A stretch of 64,000 bases of DNA from positions 9,734,001-9,798,000 of the forward strand of contig NC_082712.1 of assembly GCF_030144855.1 (NCBI RefSeq). Reading direction: 5' to 3'. Source of the DNA: Hypanus sabinus. Its lineage: Eukaryota. Made by a program: the position numbers and the translations under genes. How positions within the stretch are numbered: position 1 is the first letter of the stretch; every line of letters starts with the position of its first letter. The notes under the pieces are model-generated. The model saw only the letters and a program-made list of their open reading frames with translations, made no database searches and was not told where the DNA came from. Below are positions 36,801-51,792 of this stretch, piece by piece.

Positions 36801-39800
36801 CAGCCACATGACCTCTGCTGATAAGAGTGCGGGGAATCTACTAGGCATTAGAAAGAGTGCAGAGAATATTTGCGAGGATGTTGCCGGCTCTTGAGGACCT
36901 GAGTTATAGGGAATGGTTGAATAGGTTAGGACTTTATTCCCTGCAGCACAGGAGAACAAGGAGAGATCTCACAGAGGTACACAAGATTATGAAGGGTATC
37001 GATAGGGTGAATGCTTGCAGGCCTTTTCCTGTTATATTAGGTCAGACTAGAAGTTATAGGTTTGAGGTGAAAGATGAAATAGTTAAGCAGAATCTGAGGT
37101 GGAACCTCTTCACTCAGGAGGTGGACGAGCTGTCAGTGGAAGTGGTAGATCTAAGTTCAATTGTAACATTCTGGAGAAATTTGAAGAGGTACAGTACATG
37201 GATGGGAGAGAAACGGGTTGATATGGTCTGGGTGTAGGGAGATGGAACAAGGTAGAAAACTGGGTTGGCATGGCCAAAGAGTCTGTTTCTGTGCCCCATG
37301 ACTATTAATTGTTATATTATCTTGATATGGAGTAGTTTGCTGCACTGATTTAGAAGGCAACCACAAGTCAGTCACGTGAAGTCAAGATAGAAGACTTCCT
37401 TTCCTGTAGGATATTAGTCATAGTCATTGAGCACTACCCCACAGAAACAGGACTTTCAGCCCATCTAGTTCTTGCCAAATTGTTATCCTGCTTAGTCGCA
37501 GTGACCTACAAACGGACCATAGCCCTCCATACCCCTCCCATCCACGCACCTATCCAAACTTCTCTTAAATGTTGAAATTAAACCCTCATCCACCACTTTC
37601 ACTGGCAGCTCGTTCCACACTCCCTCTGAGTGAAGGAGTTCCCCCTCAGGTTCCCCTGAAACAATCCAGACTGGATTTTTTTTTAGGACAATCGATTTGT
37701 TTCTTGGTCATAATTGGCTTTTTTTTGAAGATTTACCGAAATAACCGAATTTAAGTTCCATGGATGTTGGGTTATGCTTGAGCTTCCGTTGTTGGATGAC
37801 TGTCTCAGGGCTGTAAGTGCTGTGTTGATGGGGGTGGGAGGATGAGCAGTACGGAATGATCGAGCCTGGAGTGAGGCAGGCATGGTGGCTGATGCAGATG
37901 ATGGAAGCATCTCACGGTGGGAGAAGCAGTCGATCTTTGTACTGACTTAGAAGCTGAATGGTATTGAATGAGTCCTTTGGACGCATACCACTCACACAAC
38001 CGGAAACAAGAGACAGGGAGGAGTCCTGGTGGAAGCCAGGGCTCAGAGATCACGGTAGGAGGATGAGATTTTACCTTTTGTCCATAAGACCATGCAACAC
38101 AGATGCACAATTAGACCATTCGGCCCGTCGAGTCTGCTCCGCCATTTCATCATGGTTGATTTATTATCCCTTTCAACTTCATTCTTCTGCCTTCTTCCTT
38201 AACTTTTGATGCCCTGACTAACCAACAGTCTATCACATTTCACTTTAAATATGCCCAGTAACTTGGCCTCCACAGTGATCTGTAGCAATGAATTCCAGAT
38301 TCACTAAAATAAATTCCTCCTCATCTCTGTTCTAAAGGGATCTCCCTCTGTTCTGAAGCACATCCCTAGTCCTAGACTTCCACATTATGTGAAACATCCT
38401 CTCATAATTCTTTTTCTTTCTAGGCCTTGCAATATTAGGTTTCAATGATGTCCTCCCCCCTCCCCCAATCGTCTTATAAACTCCAGTAAGTAGAGGCCCA
38501 GAGCCATCAAACACTCATCTGTTAACCCTTTTGTTCCCAGGATTATTCTTTATCCATGCCAGCACATCCTTTCTTAGATATAGGAGAGGCGAGAGGGAGG
38601 GGGAAAAGAGAAAGAGGGAGGAGAGGGGGAGAGAGAGGGGTGGGGAGAGAGAGAGAACTGGGGGTTGGGGAGGGGAGAGAGGGGGAGGGGGGGGGGAGAG
38701 AGAATATAAATGAGAATGAATCTATCCAACTTTTCCCCTATTCTATGATATTTACCCAATATTTCCAGTGTGATCCCAGGGTTGGATTCGGCCTTGAAGG
38801 TGTTCAGGCCCTGTCGATTGATTTCCACACGGCAGAAGTATTGATCACTGTCATCCAGTGTAGCATTCTGCAGCTCCAGGGCGGCATTCCCCTTTCTCGG
38901 GTCCCCAGCCAGTTTGTACCGGCCTTTGGTATTTGTGTGAACTTCATTCTCAAACTCCTTGCTGTCCTTGCTCCTGTTAGTCACGTTGAACAATACTGAC
39001 CCTGTGTAAAACACCTTGATCTTCCAGGTGATGACAATCTCAACGGTCGTGTACTCGGTGTAGGGAGACTTCAAAGTGCAGGGCAAAATCACCGAACGTC
39101 CGACAGTACCGTTCACGCTGCTTGGGACCTCAACAGACACGGAGGGTAGTTCCCCTGTAGGGATAAAGAGTCTGAGCATAAAGGATGTCTCATCTTGGAC
39201 AATCAACAATGTCACAATACAAGAAGAACACAAACAACAGAACTACAGTACATGATAAACAAATCAAACTCAAGTTCAAGTTCATGCCATTTAGCTGTTC
39301 ACTGCCAGGTGAAACAATGTTCCTCCTGACCAAGGTGCACAATGCAGTACATATAACTCACACACACAACAAAAAGTAATATTACCACAGATAAATTAAG
39401 AATTAATAAGCATTTATGACAGAAGTTAAAAAATGGAAAAAATAAAAGTGATGAGATCTGGATGGTGGCAGGGAGTTCAGTAGTCTTATGACCGAGGGAA
39501 GAAGCTGTTTTCTATCCTGACAGTCCTTGTCCTAACACAACAGTACCTCCTGCTGATGGTTGGTGGGGGGGGGGGGGGGTTCAAAGAGATTGTTGGACAG
39601 AAGGGAGGGACCATTGACAACGCTAAGGGCACAGTGCTCCAGATAAACATCTCAGATGGGTATAAGACAGACCCCAATGATCCTCTCAGTTGTCCTCACA
39701 ATCCTGTGTAGGGACTTGAGGTCAGATGTCTTGCAATTCCTGTACCAGACGGTGATGCGGCTGGTCAGAACACATCTCAATGGCCTGTAAAGGTTCTGGC

Positions 39801-42800
39801 AACTCTTCTGTCCAAGAGCACAGGACATTGCAGGCAGTTGTGAACACAGCCCGGTCCAACACACAGACCAGCCTCTCCTCCCTGTACTCCATCCACATGT
39901 TTGATTTTATTTCAGGTTTTCAGCATCTGCAGGATTTTTTTCAGTGAAGCTGGGACCAATTCCTGAATGCAGAGTTGAGATAAGATATGGGCATACAGCA
40001 TGAGAACAGAACCTGTGTGCACACCCACCATCAATTGCCTTTTTCCACTGACTCCATTTGATTCTACCAAACCCCACCCGCACCCTGGTTTTCCATGAAT
40101 TTCCCCCAGCATTCTACAGTCCACCTACACACTACGCAGACTAGAGGCAATTTGTAGTGGCCAATTAACCAATCAATCTGCACGTCTTTGGGATGTAAGA
40201 GGAAATGGGAACTTCCAGGGGAAAGACCTTAAGACATAGCTCAAGCCTTCTCCACCATTCCATCTAAGCTGATTTATTGTCCTGCCTTCTTGTCATAACT
40301 TTTGATGTACTTACTTATCAAGAACCTATCAAACTCCACTTTAATTATAAGCAAAGACGTGGCCTCCAAGAGCTGCCTGTGGCAATGAATTCCACAGATT
40401 CACCACCCTTTGTCTAAAGACGTTCCTCCTCATTTCTGTAGGGACACCCTTCCATTCTGAGGCTGTGCCCTTTGATCCTAGACCCTCCCACTATTGGAAA
40501 ACACTTTCTCCATGGCCACTCAATCTAGGCCTTTCAATGTTCAATAGATTTCAACAAGATTTCCCTCCCCCACCCCTCATTCTTCTAAACTGCAGTGAGT
40601 ACAGAACCGGAAATATCAAATATTCCTCATATGTTAACTCTTTCATTCCCAGGATTATTCTTGTGAACCTCCTCTGGACCTTCTCCAAGGCCAGCACATG
40701 CTTTCTTAGATAAAACTGCTTAGGTCCAAAACTGCTCACAATATTCCAATTGCTGTCTGACCAATGCCTTAGAAATTCCACACAGGCAGCACCAGAGGTC
40801 AAGATTAAAATCCTGGTCGCCTGAACTGTGAAGTAGTGCACTAGGTCTACTAATGTGATGCCCAGAGGAAGAGGTTGAGGCTGATACAATTATAACACTT
40901 TGGAGGAGTAAATGGATTGGTTTATTATTATCACATTTCCTAAGATATAGTCAAAATCTTTTGTTTGTGTACGATCCACAGAGATCATTCCATACACAAG
41001 TACAAAAGGGAAAAATAGGGAGCAGACTAGCTCGGAGTTTTGGAGTTGGGAAGTTACGTTATGGATACTTGATGACACTGATGTTCGGAGTGTTGTGGAT
41101 AGTCGGGAGGGTTGTCAAAGGTTACAGCGGGACATCGGTAGGATGCAGAACTGGGCTGAGAAGTGGCAGATGGAGTTCAACCCAAATAAGTGTCAAGTGG
41201 TTCATTTTGGTAGATCCAATTTGAAGACAGAATATAAATGGCAAGACTCTTGGCAGTGTGGAGGATCTGAGAGATCTTGGAGTCCATGTCAATAGGACAA
41301 TCAAAGCTGCTGCGCAGGTTGACAGTGTTGTTAAGAAGGCACGTGGTGTGTTGGCCCTCATTAACCATGGGATTTTCAAGAGCAGTGAGGTAATGTTACA
41401 ACTAAAAAGAACTTAGTTAAAACCCACTTGGAGTACTGTGCTCAGTTCTGGCCACCTCACTACAGGAAGGATGTGGATACTATAAAGAGTGCAGAGGAGA
41501 TTTACAAGGATGTTGCCTGGATTGGAGTTTGTACCTCATGACAATAGGTTGAATGTATTTGGCCTTTTCTCCTGGAAGTGACGGAGGATGAGAGGTGACC
41601 TGATAGAGATGTATGAGATGATGAGGGGCATTGATCATGTGGATAGCCAGAGGTTTTCTCCCAGGGCCAAGAGTGGCTAACACAAAGGTGCATAATTTTA
41701 AGGTGCTTGGAATTAGGTATCGAGGGGATGTCAGGGGTAAGTTTTTCAAGCAGCGAGTGGTGGGTGTGTGGAATGCACTGCATGTGGAAGTGGATACAAT
41801 AAGGTCTTTTAAGAGCCTCTTAGATAGGTAACTGGAGCTTATAAAAATAGAGGGCTAAGTGCTAGGGAAATTCTAGGCAGTCTGTAGAGTAGGTTACAAG
41901 GTCAGCACAGCATTATGGGCCGAAGGGCCTGTAATGTGCTGTAAATTTCTATGTTCTATATATAAAACATCGGTGAGACCTCTTGGAGTACTTTGTGCAG
42001 GCGAATAAACTTCTCAGCCTTCTAGCTGGGTCCAGGTATCAATTATAACCGAAGTTTCGATGACAAACTCTGCCACCAGGGATGAAGATGGCAGGGTTTG
42101 CCATTAAAAGGTCGATACTTGTACCAGGCTAGAAGCCTGAGACGAGTTTATTTGTCCTATACACCAGGAAAGTACTAATTCCCTTTTACTTTGTACAGGA
42201 AGGACGATATTAAACTAGAAAGAGCACATAAAAGGTTTCTCAGGATGTCACCTGGAATCGAAGGTCTGACTTACAAGAAGTTTCATAGACTAGGACTTTA
42301 TTTCCTGGAACGTAGAAGATTGAGGGGGTGACCTGATAGAGGTACATAAGATCATGAGGGGCATAGACAGTGTGAAAGCAGATAGTCTGTTTCCCAGGGA
42401 GGGGCTGCTAAGAACACGACAGAACAGGTTTAAGATCAGAGGCAAGAACTTTAAAAGGAACATGAGGGTAGTTTCTTCATACAAAAGCTGGTGTGTATTT
42501 GGAATGAGTTGTCAGAAATAGTGGTTGAGGTGGACACACATGCAAAATTTGAAAGCTATGGGTAGGAGAGGTTTAGAGAAATCTGGGCTAAACGCAGGCA
42601 GATGGGACAAGCTCTCAGGGCATCGCATTTGGGATGGAGAAATCATGATCAGTGTTTAATATCACCGGTAGATGTCGTGAAATTTGTTGTTCTACATTGC
42701 AATACATAAAAATAAACAGAAACTACAAATCCAAATAAAATATATTAAAAATTTAATTTAGTAAGCAGTGCCAAAAAAACAAAAAACGGGAAAAAGTAGT

Positions 42801-45800
42801 GAGGTAGTGCACGTGTTCATTCAGAAATCTGATGCCGAAGGGAAGAGGCTGTTGCTGAAATGTTGAGCACGGGTGTTTTGGGCCGAATGGTCTGTTTCCC
42901 TGCTCTCGTCTGTATGGCTTTAATAAAGTGTGGAAGTTACACAGCAAGTGCAATGGGTAGGGGTGGAGTATAGGGTCATGGCCCTAATGCAGGCACTCAG
43001 GTTTAGAGCAGGCAGGCATTGTAGTCAGTCCGGGCAAAGTACTGTAGCCCATTTCTTTGCTGTACCTTTCTGAGAATAATGGACTTTATATGCCAGCAGG
43101 CTGAGTTGCGGGGAACTTGGACTGAGTTCCTGTTACTGACATCTCATGCTTTATTCAGCATGTTCTGCGGGTTGTTAATCACAAGACGTGAACTGGCCAG
43201 GAAACTCCCACAAGCTCCCAGCTACACTGCGGTGTTCCAGGAAACTGCAATCACTCAGAAAGCTTTTCTCTTGAGGAAAGGATTTCCCCCACTGCTCTTG
43301 TTAGTCTCTTTTTCTCTCTCGCTCTCTCTCTCTCTCTCACAGCTTTTCTCTTGAGGAAAGGATTTCCCCCACTGCTCTCCCTCTAACACACTTTCTTTCC
43401 TGCTCCTCAGTGCACCCTGTTGCTGAAACGACCCACAGTTAGGAAAACCACAAGTGACTTCCGGTTTATTCTAACTCCACGGCCTGGCCAATGTTTCCTT
43501 TCTCATTATTTGACCCCTGATCCCAGCTTCTCCCCACCAGCCGGGGCCATAAGACATAGCAACAGAATTCAGCCATTCAGCCCATCAAGTCTGCGCCAAT
43601 ATTCCATCATAGCTGATGTATTACCCTTCCAAAGATGTATAGTGGAGTGTATATTGACTGGCTGCATCACAGCCTGGCAAGGAAACACCAATGCCCTTGA
43701 GTAGAAAACCCTACACAAAGTAGTGGATCAGCCCAGTCCATCACGGGTGAAGCCCTCCCCACCATTAAGAACATCACAGTATGATGTCGCAGCCTTCTAT
43801 CATCTCGGACCACCCACCACCCAGACCCATGCTCTCGTTTTGCTACTGTCACCAGGAAGGAGGTACAGGAGCTGAGGATCCACACCACCAGGTTCAGGAG
43901 CAGTTATTACCCCTCAACCATCAGGCTCCTGAACCACAGAGAATAACTTCACTCAACTTTACTCACCCCATCACTGAATAGTTCCCACAAACTATGGACA
44001 CACTTTCAGGAACTCTGCATCCTAACCCTATTATTTGCTGCTTACTTATTTATTATTACTTTTTTCTGCTTTATAGTTGCACAGTTTGTTGTATTTTGTT
44101 GGTTGTTTGCCTGTCCTGTTGGGTGTGGTCTTTCATTGATTCTATTGTGTTCCTGGATTTACTGTACATGTCCACAAAAAACAAATCTCAGGGATGTATA
44201 GGGTAACATATACACACTTCGATAATAAATTTACTTTGTACTTCATACTCTCAATACCATTCTCTTGTCTTCTTGTAACCTTTGACACCCTTACTCATTA
44301 AGAATTTATCATCCTCCACTTTAAAGATACCCAGTGATTTGGCTTCCACATCCATCCGTGGCAATGAATTCCACGGATTCACCACCCTCCATCTAAAGAA
44401 ATTCCTCCTCATCTCTGTTCTAAAAGAACGCCTTTCTATCAGATGTGCTCTCTGGTCCTCGACTCCCCCACTATGGAAAATATCCCCTCCATGTTCACTC
44501 TAAATAGCCCTTTCAATATTTGATAAGTTTCAATGAGACCTCCCCACTCTTCTAAACTCCAGCTGAGTACAGGCCCAGAGCCATCAAACACACCTCATGT
44601 GTAACCCTTTTTTTCCTGGGATCATTCTCATGAACTCCTCTGGACCCTCTCCAATGTCAGCACATCCTTTCTTAGATAAGGGGCCCAAAACTGCTCACAA
44701 TATCCCAACTTTAGTCTGACCAATGCCTCAGAAAGCCTGAACATTGCATGCTACAATCTAGTCTCCAGTAAACAAGGACCATAGAAGGTCATGGTGAATT
44801 TTAACAGTGCAATAAAATAAGAGATTGCTGGGAACTTGGAGACTTTCCCCAAGCTTTCCATCATACTCCGAGGATGTGTTTGAGAGCAGTCTTTTGTAGT
44901 TCTACACCCAGACTGGGGCTGCCCGTGGAGTGACGCACCCCTTCACATCCGTCGTACCAATGCCCCTCACACACTGAACATAGAACAGTCACAAACGAGA
45001 GAAAATCTGCAGATGCTGGAAATCCGAGCAACACACGCACAATGCTGGAGAAACTCAGCAGGTCGGGCAGCATCTATGGAAAAGAGTAGAGCCGATATTT
45101 CAGGCCAAGACCCTTCATCAGGACTGGAACACAGTAGAAGCATTTCTGCGCAGGTCTGGAGCAGAGCTTGAAAAACCCAGTCCCCATAAAAGAGAGATAC
45201 CGTCTAGTGGAGTGCCTATCATAGAAGTGTTCTGAGTCAGAGTGGTTAGGCTTTGGCTCAACAGGCTTTGACAAGAACAGGCGAAGGCGAAGTAAGTTTA
45301 TTTCTTTTTCTTATTTAATTCTTGAAAGAATAGGGGGTATGTCTGCAGGGTCAGTGTCTTGTTCTGGGTGTCAGACGTGGGATTTCCAGCCTCCCTGATG
45401 GCCACATCTGTGCTAAGTGTATGGAGATGCAGCTCTTTAGGGACAATGTTAAGGAACTGGAGCTGCAATTCGATAACCTTCGGCTTGTTAGGGAAAATAA
45501 GGGGATGATAGACAGGAGTTACAGGCAGATAGTCACCCGAAGGCTACAGGAGATAGATACATGGTGACTATCAAGAGAGAGAAGGGAAAATGTCAGATAG
45601 TGAAGAGCACCCCGTGGTCTCCCCTCAACAATACGTAATCCATTTTGAGTACTGTGGTGGGGGGACCTACCTGGGGGAAGAAACAGTGGCTGTGCCACTG
45701 GCACTGAGCCTGGTCCTGTGGCTCAGAGGGTAGGGAACTGTAATGGAAGGCACAAGCCATTGCTGGGGTAGAAATGCAGATTTTCTATTTTCTAATTACG

Positions 45801-48800
45801 ATTTATAATCTGAATTTTTATTATATTTACTTCGATTTGTACTTTAGGGAGCGCGAAGTGCAGAAACAAATATTACTGTGAAGATTGTACACTCTAGTAT
45901 CAATTGTTGGGTGACAATAAAGTAAAGTTGCACCACGGTTAAAAATTCAAAAGAGCGAAGAAAGCAGGACTGAAGGTGCTGTATTTAAATGTAGGCAGCA
46001 TTCGGAATAAGGTGGATGAACTTGTGCTCCAGTTACAGATTGGTCGGTATGACGTTGTGGGCATCATTGAGTCATGGCTGAAAGAAAGTCATAGTTGGGA
46101 GTTTAATTTCAAAGGATATACTTTGTATTGAAAGGACAGGCAGAAAGGCCTAGGCTCTGTTGGTAAGAGATGGAATTACATCTTTAGAAAGAGGTTACAT
46201 AGGGTTAGAGAATGTCGAATCTTGTGGGTGCAAGGGTAAAAAAAATTATGGGAATCATATATAAGCCTCCAAATAGTAGCCAAAATGTGGGGTTGAGATT
46301 GCAAATGGTGCTGGAAAGGGCAATAAGGGTAAAGTCACAATTGTAATGGGGGATCAGGTTGATGTCAGACCGTGAGAGGGGGAATCTGTCTACGAGATGG
46401 CTTTTTTTACAACAGCTTTTGCTCGAGCCTACTCAGGGAAGGCTATCTGAGAATGGGTGTTGTGTGATAACCTGGATTTTATGAGGGAATTTAAGGTAAA
46501 GAAACACTTGGGAGGCAATGATTAAATATGATTGAATTCATACTGCAGTTTGAGAGGGAGAAGCCAAGTCAGATATAGCAGTATTGCAATGGAATAAGGG
46601 GAATGACAGAGGCACAGTGAGGAGCTTGCCCAGGTGGATTGAAGGGGAATACTGGCGGGGATGACAGCAGAGATAAGCAGAGGTGACTGAAGTTTCTGGG
46701 AACAGTTCACAAGGTGCAGGACAGATATGTCCCACAGAGGAAGAAGTTCTCAATGGCAGGGCAGGCAACTGTGGCTGACAAGGGAAGTTGAGGCCTGCAT
46801 AAAAGCCAAGGAAAGGGCATATAATGTAGCAAAAGTGTGGGAAGTTGGATGATCGGGAAGTTTTTAAAATTCAAAAAAAGGCAAAAGATGAAATATGAAG
46901 GGAAACTAGCCAATAATATAAAGCAGGATACCAAATGTTTTTGCAGTTATATAGAGAGTAAAAGGGAGGTGAGAGTTGGTATTGGACTGGACAATGATGT
47001 TGGTGAGGTAGCAATGGGGATAAAGAAATAGCAGATGAACTTAATTTGTACTTTGCATCAGTCTTCACTGTGGAAGACACTAGGTCTGTGAATGTCAGGG
47101 AGCAGGAGCAAGTGTCATTGCTATTACAAAGGAAAAAGTGCTAGGCAAACTGAAAGGTCTAAAGGTGGATAAGTGAACTGGACCAGATGGACTACATCCC
47201 AGAGTCCTGAGAGAAGTTGCTGAAGAGATAACAGATGCATTGGTCATGATCTTTCAAGAATCTCTTGATTCTGGCATGGTTCCAGAGGACTGGAAAACTG
47301 TAAATATCACTCCACTCTTTAAGAAGGAATGTAGACAAAAGAAAGGAAATTATAGGCCTGTTAGCTGAACCTCAGTGGTTAGGAATGTGTTGGAGTCTAT
47401 AATTAAGGAAGAGGTTTCAAGGTACTTGGAAACTAATGATAAAATAAGTCAAAGTCAGCATGGCTTCTGTCAAGGGAAATCTTGCATGACAAATCTGTTA
47501 GAGTTCTTTGAGAAAGTAACAAGCAGGGTGGACAAAGGAGAGACAGCGATTGTCATTTACCTAGATTTTCAGAAGGCATTTGATAAGGTGCCACAAATGA
47601 GACTACTTAATGAGATGAAATCCTAGCATTACAGGAAAGATACTGACATGGATAGAGGAATGGCTGACAGGCAGGAACAGCAGGTGGGAATAAAGATGGT
47701 CTTTTCTGGTTGGCTGACAGTGACTAGTGATGTTCCTCAGGGGTCAGTTTTGGGACTGCTACATGTCACACTGTTTGTCAGTGATTGAGATGATAAAATT
47801 GATGGCTTTGTCACAAAGTTTGCAGATGATACAAAAATAGGTGGAGGGGTAGATGGTGCTGAGGAAGCCATGCAATTACAGAAGGACCTGGACAAATTGG
47901 AAGAATGGGCAAAAAAGTAGCAGATGAAATACAGCATTGAGAACAAATGTGCAGACTATTATCTAAATGGGGAGAAAATTCAGAGGTGCAAAGGGACTTA
48001 GGAGTCCTCATGCAAGACTCCCAGAAGGTTAATTTACAGGTTGAGTCTGTGGTAAAGAAGGCAAATGTAATGTTGGCATTTATTTCAAGGGGAATAAAAT
48101 ATAAAAGCAAGGAGATAATGCTGAGCCTTTATTAGACACGGGTCAGGCTGCACTTGGAGTATTGTCAACAGTTTTGGGCCCCATATCTCAGAAAGGATGT
48201 GTTGTCATTGGAGGCTCAGGAAGATGATTCTGGGAATAAAGGGGTTAATATATGTCGTAAACACAAAGTGCACTGCAGATGCTGAATTAACTCAGCAGGC
48301 CAGGCAGCATCCGTTGAAAGGAGCAGTCAATGTTTCGGGTTGAGACCCTTCATATTTTAATATATGTAGAGTGTTTGACAGCTTTGGGCCTGTACTCATT
48401 GGAACTTAGAAGAATGCAGAAGGAGCTCATTGAAACCAAATGAATATTGAAAGTGCTAGATAAGGTTGATGTGGAGAGGACATCTCCTCTGGTGGAGGAG
48501 TCGAAGATGAGAGGAGACGTCCTCAGAATGTAGGGATGTACCTTTAGAATGGTGATGAGGACGAAGTTCTTTAGGCAGAGTGGTGTAACTGTGGAATTCA
48601 TTGTCACGGGTGCTGTGGAGGCCAAGTCATTGGGTATATTTATGGCAGGTGTTGATACAGTCTTGATTAGAACTAGAGGGCACAGGCTCAAAATTGTTGG
48701 GCGATCCTTTAGAACTGAGGTAAGGAGGAATTTTCTAGCCAGAGAGTAGTGAATCTGTAGAATGCTCTGTCATGAACAGCTGTGGAGGCCAAGACTGTGG

Positions 48801-51743
48801 GTATATTTAAGGCAAAAGTTGATAATTTCCTGATTTGTCAGGGCATCAAAGGTTATGGTGAGAAGGCATGTGTATGGAGTTGAGTGGGATCTGGGATCAG
48901 CCATGATGGAATGATGGAGCAGACTAGATGGGCTGAATGGCCTGATTCGGCTCCTGTGTCTTATGGTCTAAAAGATGAGCAGTCAGAGTAAGAAAGTGGG
49001 GGGGGGGGGGGAAGAGAGGAAGACCCACAAGGTGATAGGTGAAACAAGTGAAGCCAAGAGCTGGGAAGTAAATTGGTGGAAGAGATATGGGGCTGGAAAA
49101 GGGGGAAGCTGATAGGAGAGGGCAGAAGGCCATGGAAGAAAAAAAAGGTGGAGGAGCACCAGAGGGAGGTGATGGGCAGGTAAGGGGCTAAGGTGAGGGA
49201 GGGAAATAGGAATGTACAATGGCAAAGGTGGGGGGGGCTTTACAGAAAGTTCAAGAAATCGATGTTCATTCCATCAGATTGGTGGCTACCCAGACAGACT
49301 ATAATGTGTCGTTTCTCCGACCTGTGTGGCCTCATCAGGACAATAAAGGGGACTATGGACTGACATGACAGAATGGGAATGGGAAATGGAATTAAAATGG
49401 GTGGCCACTTGGAAATCCCGCTTTTTCTGGCTGACGGAGTACAGGTGCCTGGTGAAGCAGTCTCCCAATCTGTATTAGGTCGCATTGAAATACAGGAGGC
49501 CGCACCAGGAGCAGCAGATACAGTAGTAGATGGCCCCAACACACACACAGCTGTAGAGGCAGACCCATTGTTTTTGGTTGTTCCTTCCCCCCCCGAGCTA
49601 ATATCTACATACCCCAACTCAGTCCCCTCCTACCTACATCCATGACACTTCACACACTCTTGATATTTTCAATGATTTCAGGTTCCCTGGCCCCCCATCA
49701 TCTTATTTTTACTATGGATGTCCAGTCCTAATACACCCCCATTCCCCACCAGGAAGGCCTCAAAGCTTTCCGTTTCTTTCTGGACACCAGACCCAACCAG
49801 TTCCCCTCCACCACTCTCCTCCGTTTGTCAGAACTTGTCCTGACTCTTATTTCTTCCTTCAGCTACTCCCACTTCCTTCGAACAGAAGATCTAACCATGG
49901 GTCCCACTATGCCTGCTATTTTGTCTGTTATGTGGATCAAGCTATGTTCAAAGCCTAAACTGCTATTACTCCCCAAATTTTCCTAAGCTACTTTGATGAC
50001 TGCGTTAGTGCTGATTCCTGCACCCATGCCAAGCTTGTTGACTTTATTAACTTTGCCTCCAACTTCCAGCCTTACCTCACATTTACCTGGTCCATTTCCG
50101 ACACCTCCCTTCCCTTTCTCAATCTTTCTGTCTCTATCTCTGGAGACAGCTTATCTATTGATGTCTATTACAAATCCACTGACTCCCACAGCTACCTGGA
50201 CTATACCTCTTCCCACCCTGTTACTTGTAAAAAATGCCATCCCCTTCTCTGAATTCCTCCATATCCACCATATCTGCACTCAGGGTGAGGCTTTTCATTC
50301 CAGAACTAAGGGGATGTCCACCTTCTTCAAAGAAAGAAGCTTCCCTTTCTCCAGCATCGATGCTGCCCTCAACCACATCACTTCCATTTTGTGCACATCT
50401 GCCCTCATCCTATCCTCCCACCATGCCACAAGTGATAGGGTCCCTCATGCCTTCACCTACCACCCCATCTGTCACTGCGTCCAACACATAGTTCTCCATA
50501 ACGTCCACAATCTCCAGGAGGATCCCTCCACCAAGCACACCTTTCTCTCCTGCTACTTTCTGCTGGATTTGCACCCAGTGCAACTCCCTCCCCACCGATC
50601 TCCCTCCTGGCACTTATCTTTGCAAGCGGAACAAGTGCTACACCTGCCCTTATACCTCCTCCCTCACCACCATTCAGGGCCCCAAACAGTCCTTCCAGGT
50701 GAGGTAACATTTCATCTGTGAGTCTTTTGGCGCCATCTACTGTGTCTGGTGCTCCTGGTGACCCGACACAGATTGGGAGACTGCTTTGCTGAGAGCCTTT
50801 GTTCTGTCTGCCAGAAAAAGTGGATCTCCCAGTGGCCACCCATTTTAATTCCACTTCCCATTCCCATTCCGACATGTCAGTCTGCTGTTGTGATGAGGCC
50901 GTACCCAGGCTGAGGAGCAATAACTTATATTCTGTCTGGGTAGTTTCCAAGCTGATGGCATAAGTGAACATCAATTTCTCAAACTTCCCTCCTACACCAT
51001 TCCCAGTTCCCTCTCTTATCTATCTCCTTACCCACCTATTATCTCCCTCTGGTGCTCCTCCCCCTTTTTTCTTCCATGGCTCTCTGTCCTCTCCCAGCAC
51101 ACTCACCCTTCTTCAGCCCTGTATCTCTTTCACCAATTTACTTTTCAGCTCTTTACTTCACCCATCACCAAGTGGTTCTTTCTCCCCTCCCCCCACTTTC
51201 TTAATCTGACCCCTCATTGTTTCTTCCAGTCCTGATGAAGGCTCTCGGCCTGAAATGTTGACTGTACTCTTTCCCAGAGATGCTGCCTGGCCTGCTGAGT
51301 TCCTCCAACATCTTGTGTGCCTTTGTTGAACATAGAACAGTGTTGTGTCCACCTTTTAACCCATTCCCAGATCATTCTAAACCTCTCCTCCTACATAACC
51401 CTCCAGTTATCTATCATCCATGTGCTTACTTAAAAGTCTCTTAAATGTCCTGAACTTATCTGCTTCTACCACCATCCATGGCAGGGCATTCAATGCACCC
51501 ACACTCTGTGTAAAAAACTTACCTTTGACATCCGTCCTCCCCCAATACTTTCCTCCAATCACCTTAAAATTACATCCCACTTTACTAGCCTGGATCGGTT
51601 GTTGTGGTAATCATGGAAGCAGGCTGCTTGGTGGAGTTTAAAAAGTTTTTAGACAGACCCATGAATATGAAGAGGAGTTGGAGGGATATGAGGAGGACAT
51701 TTAGTATATAACCAGAGATTCTGCAGATGCTGGAAATACTGAG

Positions 51744-51792
<49 letters not shown>

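Noticed and set aside
39155-39233. N-terminal extension MCSSCIVTLLIVQ... of the V ORF as an in-exon leader
   Set aside because: It starts at a non-ATG codon, a good acceptor precedes 39154, and a much better leader exists at 52435.
43066-43130. Candidate small exon 2 (donor AAAG|GTACAG) in intron 1
   Set aside because: No acceptor tested gave a stop-free exon of length 3n.
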